A DNA stretch of 64,000 nt from Lama glama (taxonomy: Eukaryota), in the NCBI GenBank assembly GCA_028534125.1, contig CM052823.1, positions 4,836,001-4,900,000 of the forward strand. The letters are read 5' to 3'. This document shows, one piece after another, positions 23,651 to 36,420 of this stretch (position 1 is its first letter; each line of letters begins with the position of its first letter). The translations under genes were made by a program, and so were the position numbers. The notes under the pieces are model-generated. The model was not told the origin of the DNA. It saw only the letters and a program-made list of their open reading frames with translations, and did not search any database.

Positions 23651-26600
23651 TCAGAGAGTTCCCGTGTGCATTGTGTGTGTCCATCTAGGGCCAACAGCCC
23701 CATCCAAAAGTGGTTTTCTTTAGAGTTTTGTTTTATTTTTCCGGGGGAAGGAGAGGGAGCCTGCTTTTCTAGAGGGAATTCCTGGGGCTGGGATTTTAAA
23801 ACACTCAGGAACAAAAGTGTTTTCCCAATTGTGTGGGAATGGAACCCTCCGCTGGAGTGGGACACAAAGCCTCCTGGAATTACAGGGAATTAATGTCACT
23901 CCTTCCTCCAGCCCGACTGCACTTACAATAACCCCCCCTAAAGAGAATTTGAATGCAAATGGTCACCTTGCTAGGAGTCTCTTTATTTTTGCTTCCTAAA
24001 AATTGGCCTCCAATCGTTTAAAGCACTCCAACAGGCCCTTAAAGACCCAGAAAAGCATTGGTTGGACGCCCAGCATATTTACCACAGAGCTCTTAAGAGA
24101 ATGTTCAAACATTTTCCCAAAGCTGCTGCTCTGGAAATAAAAATGTATGCCGTTTGCCTGTGGAAGATTAAAAGTTTACCTTCACTACGACAGCTTTTCT
24201 AGCCAGATTTGGAACCGTATCTCTATTTTCCATTATTCAGATATAGGTTTGAACCAAACAGAATATATCTGCTGTAGCAAGAATCAAGATAATTTAAAGA
24301 AATACGTGTATACATATATATTTATGATTTGGGCTGACCCAAATCATAACAATATTAATATGGCATTTCCTGTGGCTCTCAAAGGTGAAAGTATTTTGTA
24401 AACAATGCCTTCGTGGCATTTTGAGTAAGAGTTGATCTTAAAAAAATCTCAGATTTAGCTAACCTGAACTTTGAGCAGCTAGCTTTACTGCTGGAGGAAT
24501 CTGAAGGCATTTGTCAATTTTTTTTTGAAAGGCCTACAGAAAAGGTAACAAATTCAACACTTGGAAACTTAAAGCTGCTGCCAGTCCTGGACAGGAAGCT
24601 TTTCCTATCTGCCCGAACTTGCTCGTTGATTTCTCAGACGTCCATTTATAACAGTTCTAACAAGATAGAATCTGCCTTTGAATATCTGTAAATACGGGTA
24701 AAGATCACAATCCCACACTCGTAATGGTCCAAGACTGAAGAGGCAGATCCTCCTGTTTGATTAATATTTATGTTACCGAATTCCTGTACAGAAAGAAAGA
24801 TGAAACACTAATTATGTGTGTGTATGTGTTCGAGGGGCCCCGTGCTCGGTCTCTGCAGTTCCTTTAGAGAGATGTACGTTTCAGGATTTCTGGAGACAAG
24901 GTGTGCGTGGGGGTGGTCGTTCATGTTTTGCTTGAAAGACAGGTAAACGTGTGATTGGCTGACTTAATGGTTGTCACGCGGGGGAGGAGGCCACCTTATT
25001 TTTGTTTTCTTTATTTTGACGACTCAACAGTGATTAAAAATTACGGGTGATTTCTCCCTCTAGTTTTCAGTTAGGGCTTGGGGCAGAGTGTTGGAGGGCT
25101 CTTGTTCAGAAGCCCGGAAGAGAGCCTGCGGCCTCCTGGGTCCTCTCCCTCCTCTGGAAGGTGCACACCTTTCTGTGTCCGAGTGACAGGTGGGCTGCCT
25201 GGCAGAGTGTTGTTCTGAGCCGTGGGACAGGTCTGCAGGGCACAGGTGACTAGCCTGGCTTTGTTCGGGAGCTGTGTGGGGGACATTTGCTTGAAAATGG
25301 GGGATTTGGTCAGCTGGGTTATGTTGAAATACCAGTGGAATTGGTAGCCAAAGGGTTCCCGGGGAGGCCTCCTTCAGAGGTGCAGCGAAGCGTCTTCAAT
25401 TTTACTACTTTGAGAAATCTAGATTTTCTTATTTGATTTTCTGGGACCGTGGCCTCCCCGAGCACCACCTGAGCCTTGGTTAGGTGGGCAACCTCTATTT
25501 GCTGTTGCTGGAGCTGGGGTGGTGGGCGTGGATGGGCGCCGTGTGGAAGCGCTGAATCGAGGTATAGTGTGGGCAAGCAGCTTCACATCTGAAATGGGTT
25601 TGTTCCTAAACAGCCCAGGGCAAACCAGTTCAGCGCGTCTCTCCTTCATCTGTAAGATGAAGGAGGGTATCCACTGGTTTATGCCCTTGCCACCATCCAG
25701 ATAGGAAAACAAACCATTCTGTAGGAGTGAAGTCATTGCTGAGTTCAAGGACATCATAAAAGTGTAGACTATTATTGTTCAGTCCACGGGGGCAGGGTGA
25801 CTAATTTGCAAAAGGGAAAGGAATCAAACAGCTCCTGTGTGCAGGTCATTTTCAACGCGAGGGGGAAGAATTGGGGGTTTGGGGGGAGCGTGAGGGGCAG
25901 GACTTGAAGTTTCAGTTTGGGAGCCTAATACCAAGGAGAAACACCCCTCCCCAGTCCGCATGCATTTCAGGGTGCTGTCCCCGCTCCCTCGGCTCCTGTT
26001 CAGGGCTGTCACGTGATGCAGAATCCTATTGCAGAGTTGTTGCCCTTGACCTGAATACACCAGAGAATGTATCTTTCCTGACTTTTGGCATCTGGCTGCG
26101 GGAGAGGCGTGTGGGGCAAAGGGAGTGTAGACTTGGGTTGGGGAGGAGTGCATACAGCAGGCAGCCTTGAAGTGCACAGTCTTGCTAGTTGCAGGTGAGG
26201 AAGGAACCCCGTGAGAAAATCCTCCGTTTGCTATACCACGGCGTCGCAAAGCTAACAAAAACTGGCATTGGTGCCCACCGAACACACAGCGGGCTGCACT
26301 GAAATGGTACCTTCACAGGGGAAATGGGAGGCCCCAAGTGTCCCGTTGGGGCTTTCATCTTACTTTTCTGTTGTTTTTATCTGAAAGAGGCTTGGATTCT
26401 TTTTCCCAGCCAATGCTGAGTGACCTGAATTAGGTTTTTAATAGGAATCACCTCTGGCAAGGCCCCAAACCTCTGGTTTAGTCTTGCTCGTTGGGAAATA
26501 CAGATGTTTTCTTTACGGAGGTGGTCGGTTCACCCCGGGAGGGACAAGACCCCAGGCTTGAGGGTTGGGGTGGGAGTGGCGGGGGGGGGGATGTGACACT

Positions 26601-29019
26601 CTGCCTTCTCCGCGGGGGCTCAGTGCAGCCCTAGTTTCCTGGCATGGGCATCGGAGCTGGAGTGGGCTGAGGGGGCATGGCAGATCCCCGAAGCCTGTGT
26701 TGGTGCAGGCGTGGAGCCAGAGCTGTCTGGTGCTCCTTAATTGAATACAGATCTCAGTCAATTCCACGTGGGCCTGCAAAGATGGGCAGGGAAGGCAGTG
26801 ATATTTCTCCCTCTCCCTCTTGTCTGAACTTGAAAGCTCAGAACCCCCCAACCCGGAGGGCCTCCTCGCCTGTCCCAGCAGCCAGCCCACATGGTTTGCA
26901 GAGGAAGGCAAGTGTGGGGCGGTGGGGGGACAGGATCGCGCAGCGCCCATGTAGATATTGTTCGTATGAACTGCGTCTTCCATCTTTTGTTAGTGGCAGC
27001 TCGTTAATTAACCAGCAGATTACTGCTGCCTCCCTTTGACACATGCGTGTATTTTGAGGCACAAGATTCTTGTTCTCCCAAAACTCTAAACGGAACCGTT
27101 CAGGAAGTCCTCGTCTGGGGCCACCTCCCCCTGCCCTCTCTGTCCCCCACTGTCCTCCCTGCTCCCCTCCCCCCTCCTCCCCATCCTTCCTCCGGCCCAA
27201 GTGGGNNNNNNNNNNNNNNNNNNNNNNNNNNNNNNNNNNNNNNNNNNNNNNNNNNNNNNNNNNNNNNNNNNNNNNNNNNNNNNNNNNNNNNNNNNNNNNN
27301 NNNNNNNNNNNNNNNNNNNNNNNNNNNNNNNNNNNNNNNNNNNNNNNNNNNNNNNNNNNNNNNNNNNNNNNNNNNNNNNNNNNNNNNNNNNNNNNNNNNN
27401 NNNNNNNNNNNNNNNNNNNNNNNNNNNNNNNNNNNNNNNNNNNNNNNNNNNNNNNNNCTTACTTTTTTTTTTTCCCTCCTCAAAGACATTAGGATATAGA
27501 ATAAGGGCATTAAAATGCACTGAGAGAGGGGGAAAAAAGCCCCACCCAGACACCCCATGGCACAGGGACCTGCTGCGAGCAGGGAGCAGGTTCAGAGACG
27601 GCTCACTTTTGTTTGCACTTGGCGGCTCCAAGGGCAGGAGGCAGCTGGCGGTCGAGAAGAGAGAGACCTAAGTCAGGTTCCCTTCATTTTCAGCCCCAAG
27701 ACTTAATTTTCTCTGCCATTTTGGATGATGTGGTGCAAAGATTTATTTTTTCTTTTTTCGGGTTGGTTTTGTGTCTGTTTTAGTTTCGGAAGCCTCCCGA
27801 GCAGTGCCTGCTTCGTCCTTCCACTGAGGCTACGACTCGATTCTAGTCCCAGCCCGGGGTTTGGAGCTTGTTGGGATCCCAGCTCCACCAGCAGTGTTTA
27901 TATATAGGAACAGCCAGGGAGATCTCCCTTTGGGTTTGTAGCCACGATGTTGTTTGGTAGTTATCTGAAAAGTCATTTTCATGATATGATGCTGTTTGCT
28001 GGGCAGAGAATTATGGCCAAATAGAGATTACAGATTAAAAAAAATTTTTTTAACAGTTTCAAAATCAAAACAATGACACATAAATGTCGGGGGCTTCTGC
28101 CAGGAGGCCTGGCTGGTCTTATCAGGGAATCTTTGCTGAGCTGCTGTAGTGAATTCAGTCTGAGGTCCAGCACATCAGCTCTGTTTCAAAGACAGCCAAN
28201 NNNNNNNNNNNNNNNNNNNNNNNNNNNNNNNNNNNNNNNNNNNNNNNNNNNNNNNNNNNNNNNNNNNNNNNNNNNNNNNNNNNNNNNNNNNNNNNNNNNN
28301 NNNNNNNNNNNNNNNNNNNNNNNNNNNNNNNNNNNNNNNNNNNNNNNCTGAACGTAAACCCCTGTTACAGCGGCTCCGGGAGCCGGGTTAGATTGAATCG
28401 TAAGGACCAACGTTGCTGGTGTTAATGTGTTAACAATCCTTATTAAATTAAGCCCGCAAAGTGTTAATTTTTACAAATTTTGTTGTGCACACGCTGTACG
28501 TCACCGTCAGTGTGGTAGGAGAGGAAAATGATTTCCTGTCAAAAACTAAGTAAGAAGGTGGCTGTCAGACTGCTCCCTTAGAAGAAAATTTGTGATTTTC
28601 GCCATCAAATGCTACCTGTGCTGAAAGGAAGCCTCACAATATGTATATTAAATGCCATCTACATCCAGAAAACTCAGTTAAAGGAACTACTTTGTTGAAA
28701 GTAATTACAGGCCTGTTCAATGTTTCAGTGAGTGACATTTCAGACTTCACTTAGAAACATAAAGAGGCCATAGAAAGATTTTTGTTCTTATGTGTTGCAA
28801 AGCATTGAACCTCAGGAATCTCTATGTCCATTAGCAAAAGGTAGAAGGAAATGAAAAGGAAAAAAGAAGATGCCATCAACAGCCAGGCCCCCGGGGGAGC
28901 TGGGGTTTTGATTACAGCAGTGGAGACCATTGGTGTGTAATAATAATAAATGCAATGGAAACCAAAAAAAAAAAAAAAGCATTTAAACTGTAGCATGTTT
29001 TTTTTTTAACAATTAGATT

Positions 29020-29088
29020 TTTTTCTTTTTTCTCTCCCTTCTCTTCTTCCCTCCCTCCCTCCCTTCCCTTTATTTATTTATTTATTTT
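29020..29088. repeat. Polypyrimidine/(CCCT)n plus (TTTA)n low-complexity tract
   Basis: Seen directly. Confidence 0.75.
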
Positions 29089-31911
29089 AACGTTTTGCTA
29101 ATCAAGTTAAGTTTCTAGTCTTTCTAAGACAAGGAGCCCTGCTGGCCCTTGCGGTTGCATGTCCAGGTGATTGTCCAGGTAGGATTTTATGGTCTCATCT
29201 TAAAAAAGGTTGATGATGGCTCCATTCCTCAAATCCGCAAATCCACCTGGAGCTGTAGCCCCTGCTCCTGCCTGCTCCCGGCTTGAGTCATCATCGCAGT
29301 AGCCTCCTTGCTCCATTGGCCTGATGTGCTTTTCCTTGGCTGGGCTGCCTTGTTTTTGTTCTCAATTCTCTTCCCAGTTCAGACATCCTCCCTGTTATCT
29401 CGCTGTGCACGCTGCACGTGTCCAAGTCCATGTTGGAGTTTGTGGGACCTGCAAACCACAGCGTGCAAATCACAACTTCTGAACTCACAGTTTGTACACG
29501 AGTGTCAGGATTCAGCGTTCCCAGGTCACCACTCAGGCCAGGCGCAGCAGATGCTGAGCGGGAGGGAAAACCTGCCTTTAGTTTACAACTCACTGTAGGC
29601 ACCAAATCTGAGGAATCATCTCCTGGCTTATTTCCCTTCGTGGGACACGTGACTTCTGTCTTGACTATGGATTTCTGACCCCCCCCCCCCCGGCTTATGA
29701 TGAATGGGGGCGTGTCTAAGGCATGCCAGGCCAAGCTGGTCATTGGAGCCTGGCCACTGAGTTCCATCTGGGAAAGGACTGCAGACTCCTGACCTCAAGT
29801 CCCAAATTCTTCCTGCTTGGAATCCGAACGCTTTATCCAGCCTTTTACTTCCATCTGTAGACTGAGCTCTCCGTCCCGGGGTGCTTCATGAAGATACCCT
29901 GTGGGGTACTATTTGTGGTTCTTGATGCAGCCCAAGAGAAGATGGCTGGAGGATCTTGGATGAGTTGTGTTTTAGGGCAGAAACTGCTAAAGATTGAAGC
30001 AGCTACCCAGCTTCTGATCAGAAGGCCGGTATCAGATGGCGGGGGAAAGGGGAAAATTCCTCTGCTAGGTATTGGCTGACTGCTTTGGCTGGTGAGAGTC
30101 AGAGAATCTGTCAGCTCCAGCTTGTCCTTGGCCTCTGTAGATTCTGTGGGACGTATGCAGGCGCTGCAACCTGTCCATGTTGCTGATAGATGCGTGTGTG
30201 TGTGTGTGTATGCATGTGTGTATAATCCTCTCTATAATAGACGGGCATGCATATATTTGCTAGCTAGTGAAACATGTGCTTTCACCTCTGTTGTCCCCAA
30301 GCCTGCTCACCCTTCCTGCTGAGGCCACCCAAGAGGACTCACACCTGTTTATCTGTGTGCATCCCAAAGCCACGGTGTGGAGGTCTCACCTCCCGGCTGG
30401 AGGACAAATGGTTGTGTGTGCTGGCTTTCTGGCAGTTCACGGAGCTCCAGGGATTTCCCCAAAAGACAGCAAAGGAGATTTGGAGCTGTACGGTTTCTCC
30501 CACGGGAGCCCACTAGGGGTTGGCACGTTCAGCCCCGAGCTCTGGGTCAGCTGCATCCATCTTACCCCAAATAGTTCACAGAATGTGCTTCAGACACACC
30601 TTGCCTTGTCAGCAGCACCTGAAATTTCCTCTGCTCCCTCATTGGGCCTTTTGGAAGAACCAGGGAAGGTTTTAGAATTTGTGATGTTACCTCACCAATC
30701 CTTGGCTCAGGGAGTGGGAAGGGGACCGGCTGCCCCAGAGTATTGCAGCCGCTTGCATCTTGAGGAAATTGAGGTTGGCAGCCATCGAAACAGGTGCCTT
30801 TGGACCTGGCGAGGAGGTGTGCCTGTGCATCTGCTTCTAATTGCAAGATGCAGCTGCCGGGGAGGGTGTTCCCTCTTCAGGCCCTGGTGGAAGGAGAAGA
30901 ACGTGCTTGGAAGTGTTGTTGTGGGGCACGATTGTTCCTGGACCTTGCCTCTCCCTTTTCTGGGATGCATTAAATGTGCGGCACACTGCGGGGCAAAAAT
31001 AGTTGAAGCAGTGTTTCACCAGGACAGATCTCAGGAGTGCACGAGGCAGGAGGCACGCAGGGGAGGAGGCCATCTTCCTGGCTTGGAGGAGGCTATCCTT
31101 CTTGCCTCCTCTCCGTGGCCAAGCCTTCTTGAGATTGTGGCTGCAAGAAGATGCCCTGATGCTCACACAGGGCTCTGGGTGGTCTCAGGATGGTCACCGG
31201 GGGATTGGCAGGAGACCCAGCCTTAAGCCCAGAGGTGTTCTTTCAGGCTCTTCCGTCCCTGCTGCCTGGATGCTGGGTGGAGGGGGTCCTCTCTAAGCCC
31301 AGCTGGGCCCAGGCTACAATGGCAAGTCGAGCAGCCTCTTTCTACCTGCATGGGGTTGCCCACCCTCCCAGCCATGCATAAGGGCTGCTATTCTCAGCGA
31401 CCATGGATTGGAGCTGTATTTTAACGTCTCCCGTGTAATGACCCTGAAGGAACGCTTTAAACACATCTCTTCAATCCCTGTGAGAACTCATTTCTTCTTT
31501 TCCTTGCGTTTTTCTAATGGACACTTACCTGTGCACCCCCAAAACCCAAACCCACTGCAGCAAGGGACGCCCAGAAGGGTACTCAGCCTTACTGGACTAA
31601 ATGGGAATCCAGTAGTGGGAAGTGGGACTTGGGGAGCCCCAGCTCACCATAGAGGACTTCTGGACCCCCCAAATGCTCTGGTGTGGTGACAGAGCCATGC
31701 CCTATGCCTACTCACCCATGGGGCCTGCCTTGGGGACCCATCCTGGCCTTGCAGTTTCTCACAGCGGCTTACTGTGTTCACTTAAAGCCTTGGATTCCCT
31801 TTCTGCTTTGTCTTATTATTGTATATATTATTCTTTATAAGGAAATGAAAAACAAGTTCTAGTCTTTGCTGGTTCCTAGAACTTGGTAATTAAAAATTAA
31901 GAAAAGAAAGA

Positions 31912-32275
31912 GTGGAGGGTATAGCTCCATGGTAGAGTGCATGCTTAGCATGCATGAGGTCCTGGGTTCAATCATCAGTACCGCCACCTTAAAAAAAAAA
32001 GTAAACTTTATTGTTCATCTACTTTATATGTAGTAATGTGTATCTGTTAAGGACCTACTGTGTAAGACAGGGAACTGTATTCAATTTCTTGTAATGAGCT
32101 GTAATGGAAAAGAATCTGAAAAAAATATATGCATGTATATGTATAACTGAATTGTTTTGCTGTACACCTGACACTAACATTGTAAATTCACTACACTTCA
32201 ATAAAAAATAGGAATTAAAAAAAATAAGTAAACCTAATTACCTCCCCCCGGCCAAAAAAAAAAAATTAAAAAAAC
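31912..32275 (+). mobile_element. tRNA-derived SINE, camelid Vic-1-like, interrupted by an L1 fragment
   Basis: The head gtggagggtatagctccatggtagagtgcatgcttagcatgcatgaggtcctgggttcaatc has A and B boxes. The tail aaacctaattacctcccccc plus poly(A) lies at 32230-32275. An imperfect TSD flanks it (taagaaaagaaaga / taagaaaaagacaaga). Confidence 0.82.
32007..32225 (+). mobile_element. Cetartiodactyl-type L1 3' end, 5'-truncated with an inverted 5' segment (32007-32050)
   Basis: aaggacctactgtgtaagacagggaactgtattcaa...tgctgtacacctgacactaac...cttcaataaaaa is an L1 3'UTR. The preceding ~44 nt read ttaacagatacacattactacatataaagtagatgaacaataaa on the - strand. Confidence 0.8.
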
Positions 32276-35200
32276 CCTAAGAAAAAGACAAGAAATAATA
32301 CCTGTGGAGTGGAGGAATTTATTTTTTGAGTATTGCTCCCGTAAGACCCGTGCAGCTCTGAAATTGAGTTGCAAAGATGATGCCTTAAAGTCTTTCTTCT
32401 CTATTCCTGCTGTCTCAGCTACTCGTGACCCCCTCACCACCCCCAGCCCCCTAAAAATCTGGAGAGGGAGAAAGAGACAGATGATGGGAAGGCTAAGGCT
32501 TATGGGCGAATACCCACCGCCTGTATCATTTAAGGGAGCATGCCACTTCTTTCCAATAGGAAATTGCCAAAATGGATGTCATCAGCTGCTAATTAGATGT
32601 ATTTTAACTGCAGGATCGTTTTACCAGCTAATACTGTTATTATGTGCTTCAATGTGAACCCATGGTGGAGCTGTTAAAATAGGAGCGCGTGGCCCTAGCA
32701 GACAGCTACTGGAGCCCTTGGGATCGGTGGCCCTGAGGAGGCCCAGGCCAGGCCCCCTGCTGGAGTCTGTGTCCTCTCAGCTTCTCCAGATGGACCCGTT
32801 TTTCCCTTTGACTCCCTTCCTTAGGTGTTTCAACCTGGGCCTGAGTCCAGAGGGGGCCCTGAACTCTCCAGACTGGAGACCCCAAGAATCACATCTCTCA
32901 CCCCCAAAACCTCGTGGTCAGTCTCCTGCCTTTGGGCCTCTGGACCAGCCTAGAAGCCACAAATGACCACGTGCTGTGGACGTGCCAGCACCTGCAGCGC
33001 TGGAGGTTCAAGTCTCAGCTGCCTTCCCTCCATCTTCTCTCTAGCAAACGGGAAAGAGTCCTGAGTTCCCATTGGGGTGGGGGGAGGTGGGCTAGGATCA
33101 GGGTAATGATTCTTAAATATGAGCTGAGCATTTGACTTCATGTATTTCTCTCTCTCTCTCCTTGCTACCCCCTCCCCCTTAATACATAGAATTTTTATCA
33201 TCCTTAAGACAAAGTAGCTGGCAAAATATTTAAGCGATCCGAAAGAAATGTTTTTATTTGCCTGCATGCGAATTGGGTTATCTGCCTATCTTGTTTATGA
33301 AATTTGGGGCTGCCTTTCCTGCTGTCTGTTCCCCACTCAAATCTTTCCCGGCTCCCATTTCCATATTTCTACGTGCATGTTCTTTGTTAATCACTTGGCA
33401 AGTGCTTATTTGAATATTAAAAATTTCTTTAATCATCAAAGGCAGGAGCACAGTCTCATGAATATTCATATTTCCCCCCNNNNNNNNNNNNNNNNNNNNN
33501 NNNNNNNNNNNNNNNNNNNNNNNNNNNNNNNNNNNNNNNNNNNNNNNNNNNNNNNNNNNNNNNNNNNNNNNNNNNNNNNNNNNNNNNNNNNNNNNNNNNN
33601 NNNNNNNNNNNNNNNNNNNNNNNNNNNNNNNNNNNNNNNNNNNNNNNNNNNNNNNNNNNNACAAAAAAAATCAATAAAGCAAGAATAAATTTCTCTGGTT
33701 GAAAAACAACTTTGCAAACTTATCAAACAGTCCTCGTGGTTTGCTGCCGCCAAAGCAGCCACCAGCACTACCTGCCCCCACCTGCAAAAAAAAAAAAAAA
33801 GAGAAAAAAAGGAGGGGNNNNNNNNNNNNNNNNNNNNNNNNNNNNNNNNNNNNNNNNNNNNNNNNNNNNNNNNNNNNNNNNNNNNNNNNNNNNNNNNNNN
33901 NNNNNNNNNNNNNNNNNNNNNNNNNNNNNNNNNNNNNNNNNNNNNNNNNNNNNNNNNNNNNNNNNNNNNNNNNNNNNNNNNNNNNNNNNNNNNNNNNNNN
34001 NNNNNNNNNNNNNNNNNNNNNNNNNNNNNNNNNNNNNNNNNNNNNNNNNNNNNNNNNNNNNAGGTTTCCTTGCCAGTGGCCCTCACTCACATGCACTCGC
34101 TCCCTGTCTGTCTCCCTCCCTGATCTATGACTCATTTTTGCACTATCAGTAGGAGTTCTTGGCTGAAAAAAATGTATCAATTGAGAGGCAGCAGTAGGGA
34201 GAAATATATACATCTCCTGCACAGTGTATTCCAGAACTCCTCTGCTAGCTAGGAATCTGTAACCCTCCCATGTGGGAGGGGACACCGAGGATGCGGCATT
34301 GGGAAAGGCTCGCCTTCCCCTGGAAACCAGGCTGGGGCTTTTCCAGGGAGTTTTTTGTGTCTGCACGCTGGTCGTCGGTGTGGGTGTGTTTGCGGAGTAG
34401 TGCGCATGTGTGAGGAGTGCGGCTGGACCATCTGCAGGCCCTCTCCAGGAGGGAGACGGGTTACAGACCCCCGAGGAACAGGGGCATTCAAATCACTCGG
34501 ATTTGGAGCTTAGGAAAGGGGTCTTATTGTTGGACATTTTGTAGCTCTTTTTATGAAATGCCTAGAGAGAGTGACTGTCACCCCTGTGAGCTTTGTGGTC
34601 TTGGGCACAGAGCTTCAGTTTCCTTGTTTGTGGGGGGGGGGGCTCCTGATACCTGTACAATAGGAAGGCTGCTGGGTGTAAAAGGGATGATGATATATAT
34701 GTACAGCCATTGTTTATTTCTTTTTCCTTTAATGGCAGTGAACTTCCATGATAAGGAATTGAGCCAGCTGAGGTTTTATTTTTAAGCCACCTGGATCTTG
34801 CATAAAGCTGAGATGGCGTCTTGGCGTCCCTCGCCACATACCTTGGTGCACGTGCGTCTGTTCCAGCTCCAGAGGGCAGCTGGCCTCGACCTCGAAAGAG
34901 TTTTTTTTTTTTGTTTGTTTGTTTGTTTTAAAGGAGTGCCTTTGCAGGGAGCGTTCCTTGCCGTGCTGTGGGGAGGGCCCATAGGGAGCAGGGAAAGTTC
35001 CAAGGTGAAAAATAAATGAATGATACTGACGGTTGGTTTATTGAGTGTTTGCTAGAAACCTGGCTCAGCCGGGCGTGTCCTGACTTTCCTTTAAAGGAGA
35101 GGCTCTGAGAAAGTGACTCACTCCAGGTCTCGCGGCCAGGAGATGCCAGAGAAGGGTACGGACCCAGGCCTCTCTCCGAGGCAGTGTAGCCTCTGAGCTC

Positions 35201-35364
35201 CGGGCTTCCTCCACCCGTGCTGAGGTGCGTGGTCTCAAGTGCGCAAGGTCTCAAGTGTGTTCTCGATTCTCTGGCTGTGCACTTTTCAGGGCCGCCACCT
35301 GGAAGGCTGGGAGGTAGCCTGGGACAGGTGCTGCGGCCAGAGACCATCTTCACGGTGAACTTAA

Positions 35365-35670
35365 AAAAAATTGAGATTTGATTCACATCATGTAAAATTC
35401 ACCATTTTAAGGTGCGCAGTCAGTAGCTTTGGGTATGTTAACAGTGCTGAACAGCCATCACCTCTGTCTAATGCCAGAACATTTCTGTCACCCCTCAAAG
35501 AAACCCTGTATCCATTAGCCCGCACTCCTTCCACCCCTGGCAGCCACCCGTCTGCCTTCTGTCTCCATGGATTTGCTGTTCTGGACGTTTCCTGTAATCG
35601 TACAATAGGTGGCTCCTGTCATCACCTTTGGCTTCTGCAGCTTCAGGAGAGGGTGTTTGGAGTTCCACCT
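35365..35670 (-). mobile_element. Ancient L1M (L1MB-like) 3' end fragment
   Basis: ttgagat...taaaattcaccattttaag...cagaacattt...aaagaaaccctgtatccattag...ttctgtctccatggatttg. Confidence 0.75.
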
Positions 35671-36264
35671 TTGGGCAGGGTTTTGGTTTAAGCTGCTCAG
35701 GGTGGGATGGGGAGGGGAACCTCCTCCAGGGCAGAGGGTCCTCTGAGAGTACCCTGAGGGTCCTTCTCTGGCAGCTTAGGATCAGAAGCCCCCCACCCTT
35801 GCTGTCCCTTCCCCACCTCCACTGAGCTGGCCCCCGGAGCATGTGGACTGCCCTGAGACCAGAATTCTAAGGAGACTGTCTGGAAGTGCTCCCACCCCTA
35901 CCAGGGTTGGGGAATGACTGCTTTTAGCCTCTGGCCTCATGAAGCAAGAGAGGGATGAGGCTGGACCTGCTCTTTGATCCTTCCTGCCAATTGTGGACAT
36001 GCAGCTTCTGCTCTCTTCCGGCTTGGGACAGCAGTTACCTGGGCACTCCTGCTGGTTTCCTTCGCCATGCTAAATGGTGGTGGCAGTGCTGTGGTCTTGC
36101 CCAGAACCAGGGGGTCCGGAGTTGTTTTTTGCGACCTCTGATGTCCCAACTCAGCCCAAGGACTGCCTCCCACCCCTCTCAGCCCTTCCTCTCCGGATTC
36201 TGGGTGCCCTAATCACTCCACCCCAGCCCCAGCCTCAGGGGGAGGCAGGGCATATCCAGGCTTT

Positions 36265-36420
36265 GGAGATAAAACTGGGTTCAAGCCCAGACCTCCCCGA
36301 GCCTCAGTTTCTCCCCTGTGGAGCCGGGGGAGGTCTTCCCTGTTGATGGGGTGTTGGTGGTAAACCGTGCCCCGCTCGTTGTAGTGGGCGCGTGAGCCAC
36401 TGTCACACTCATGATGACCC
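36265..36420 (+). mobile_element. MIR SINE fragment
   Basis: ctgggttcaagcccag...gagcctcagtttctcccctgtgg. Confidence 0.6.

Noticed and set aside
22997-23893. 298-aa Pro/Gly/Arg/Ala-rich ORF and overlapping ORFs
   Set aside because: Expected from stop-codon depletion in a CpG island.
30267-31226. Longest ORF in the track (319 aa, + strand)
   Set aside because: It starts at GTG, has no recognisable domain, has a composition typical of GC-rich intron translation, and lacks convincing exon boundaries.
31912-31985. tRNA-Ala-like sequence
   Set aside because: It has a degenerate acceptor stem plus an A-rich tail and TSD, so it is a SINE head rather than a tRNA gene.
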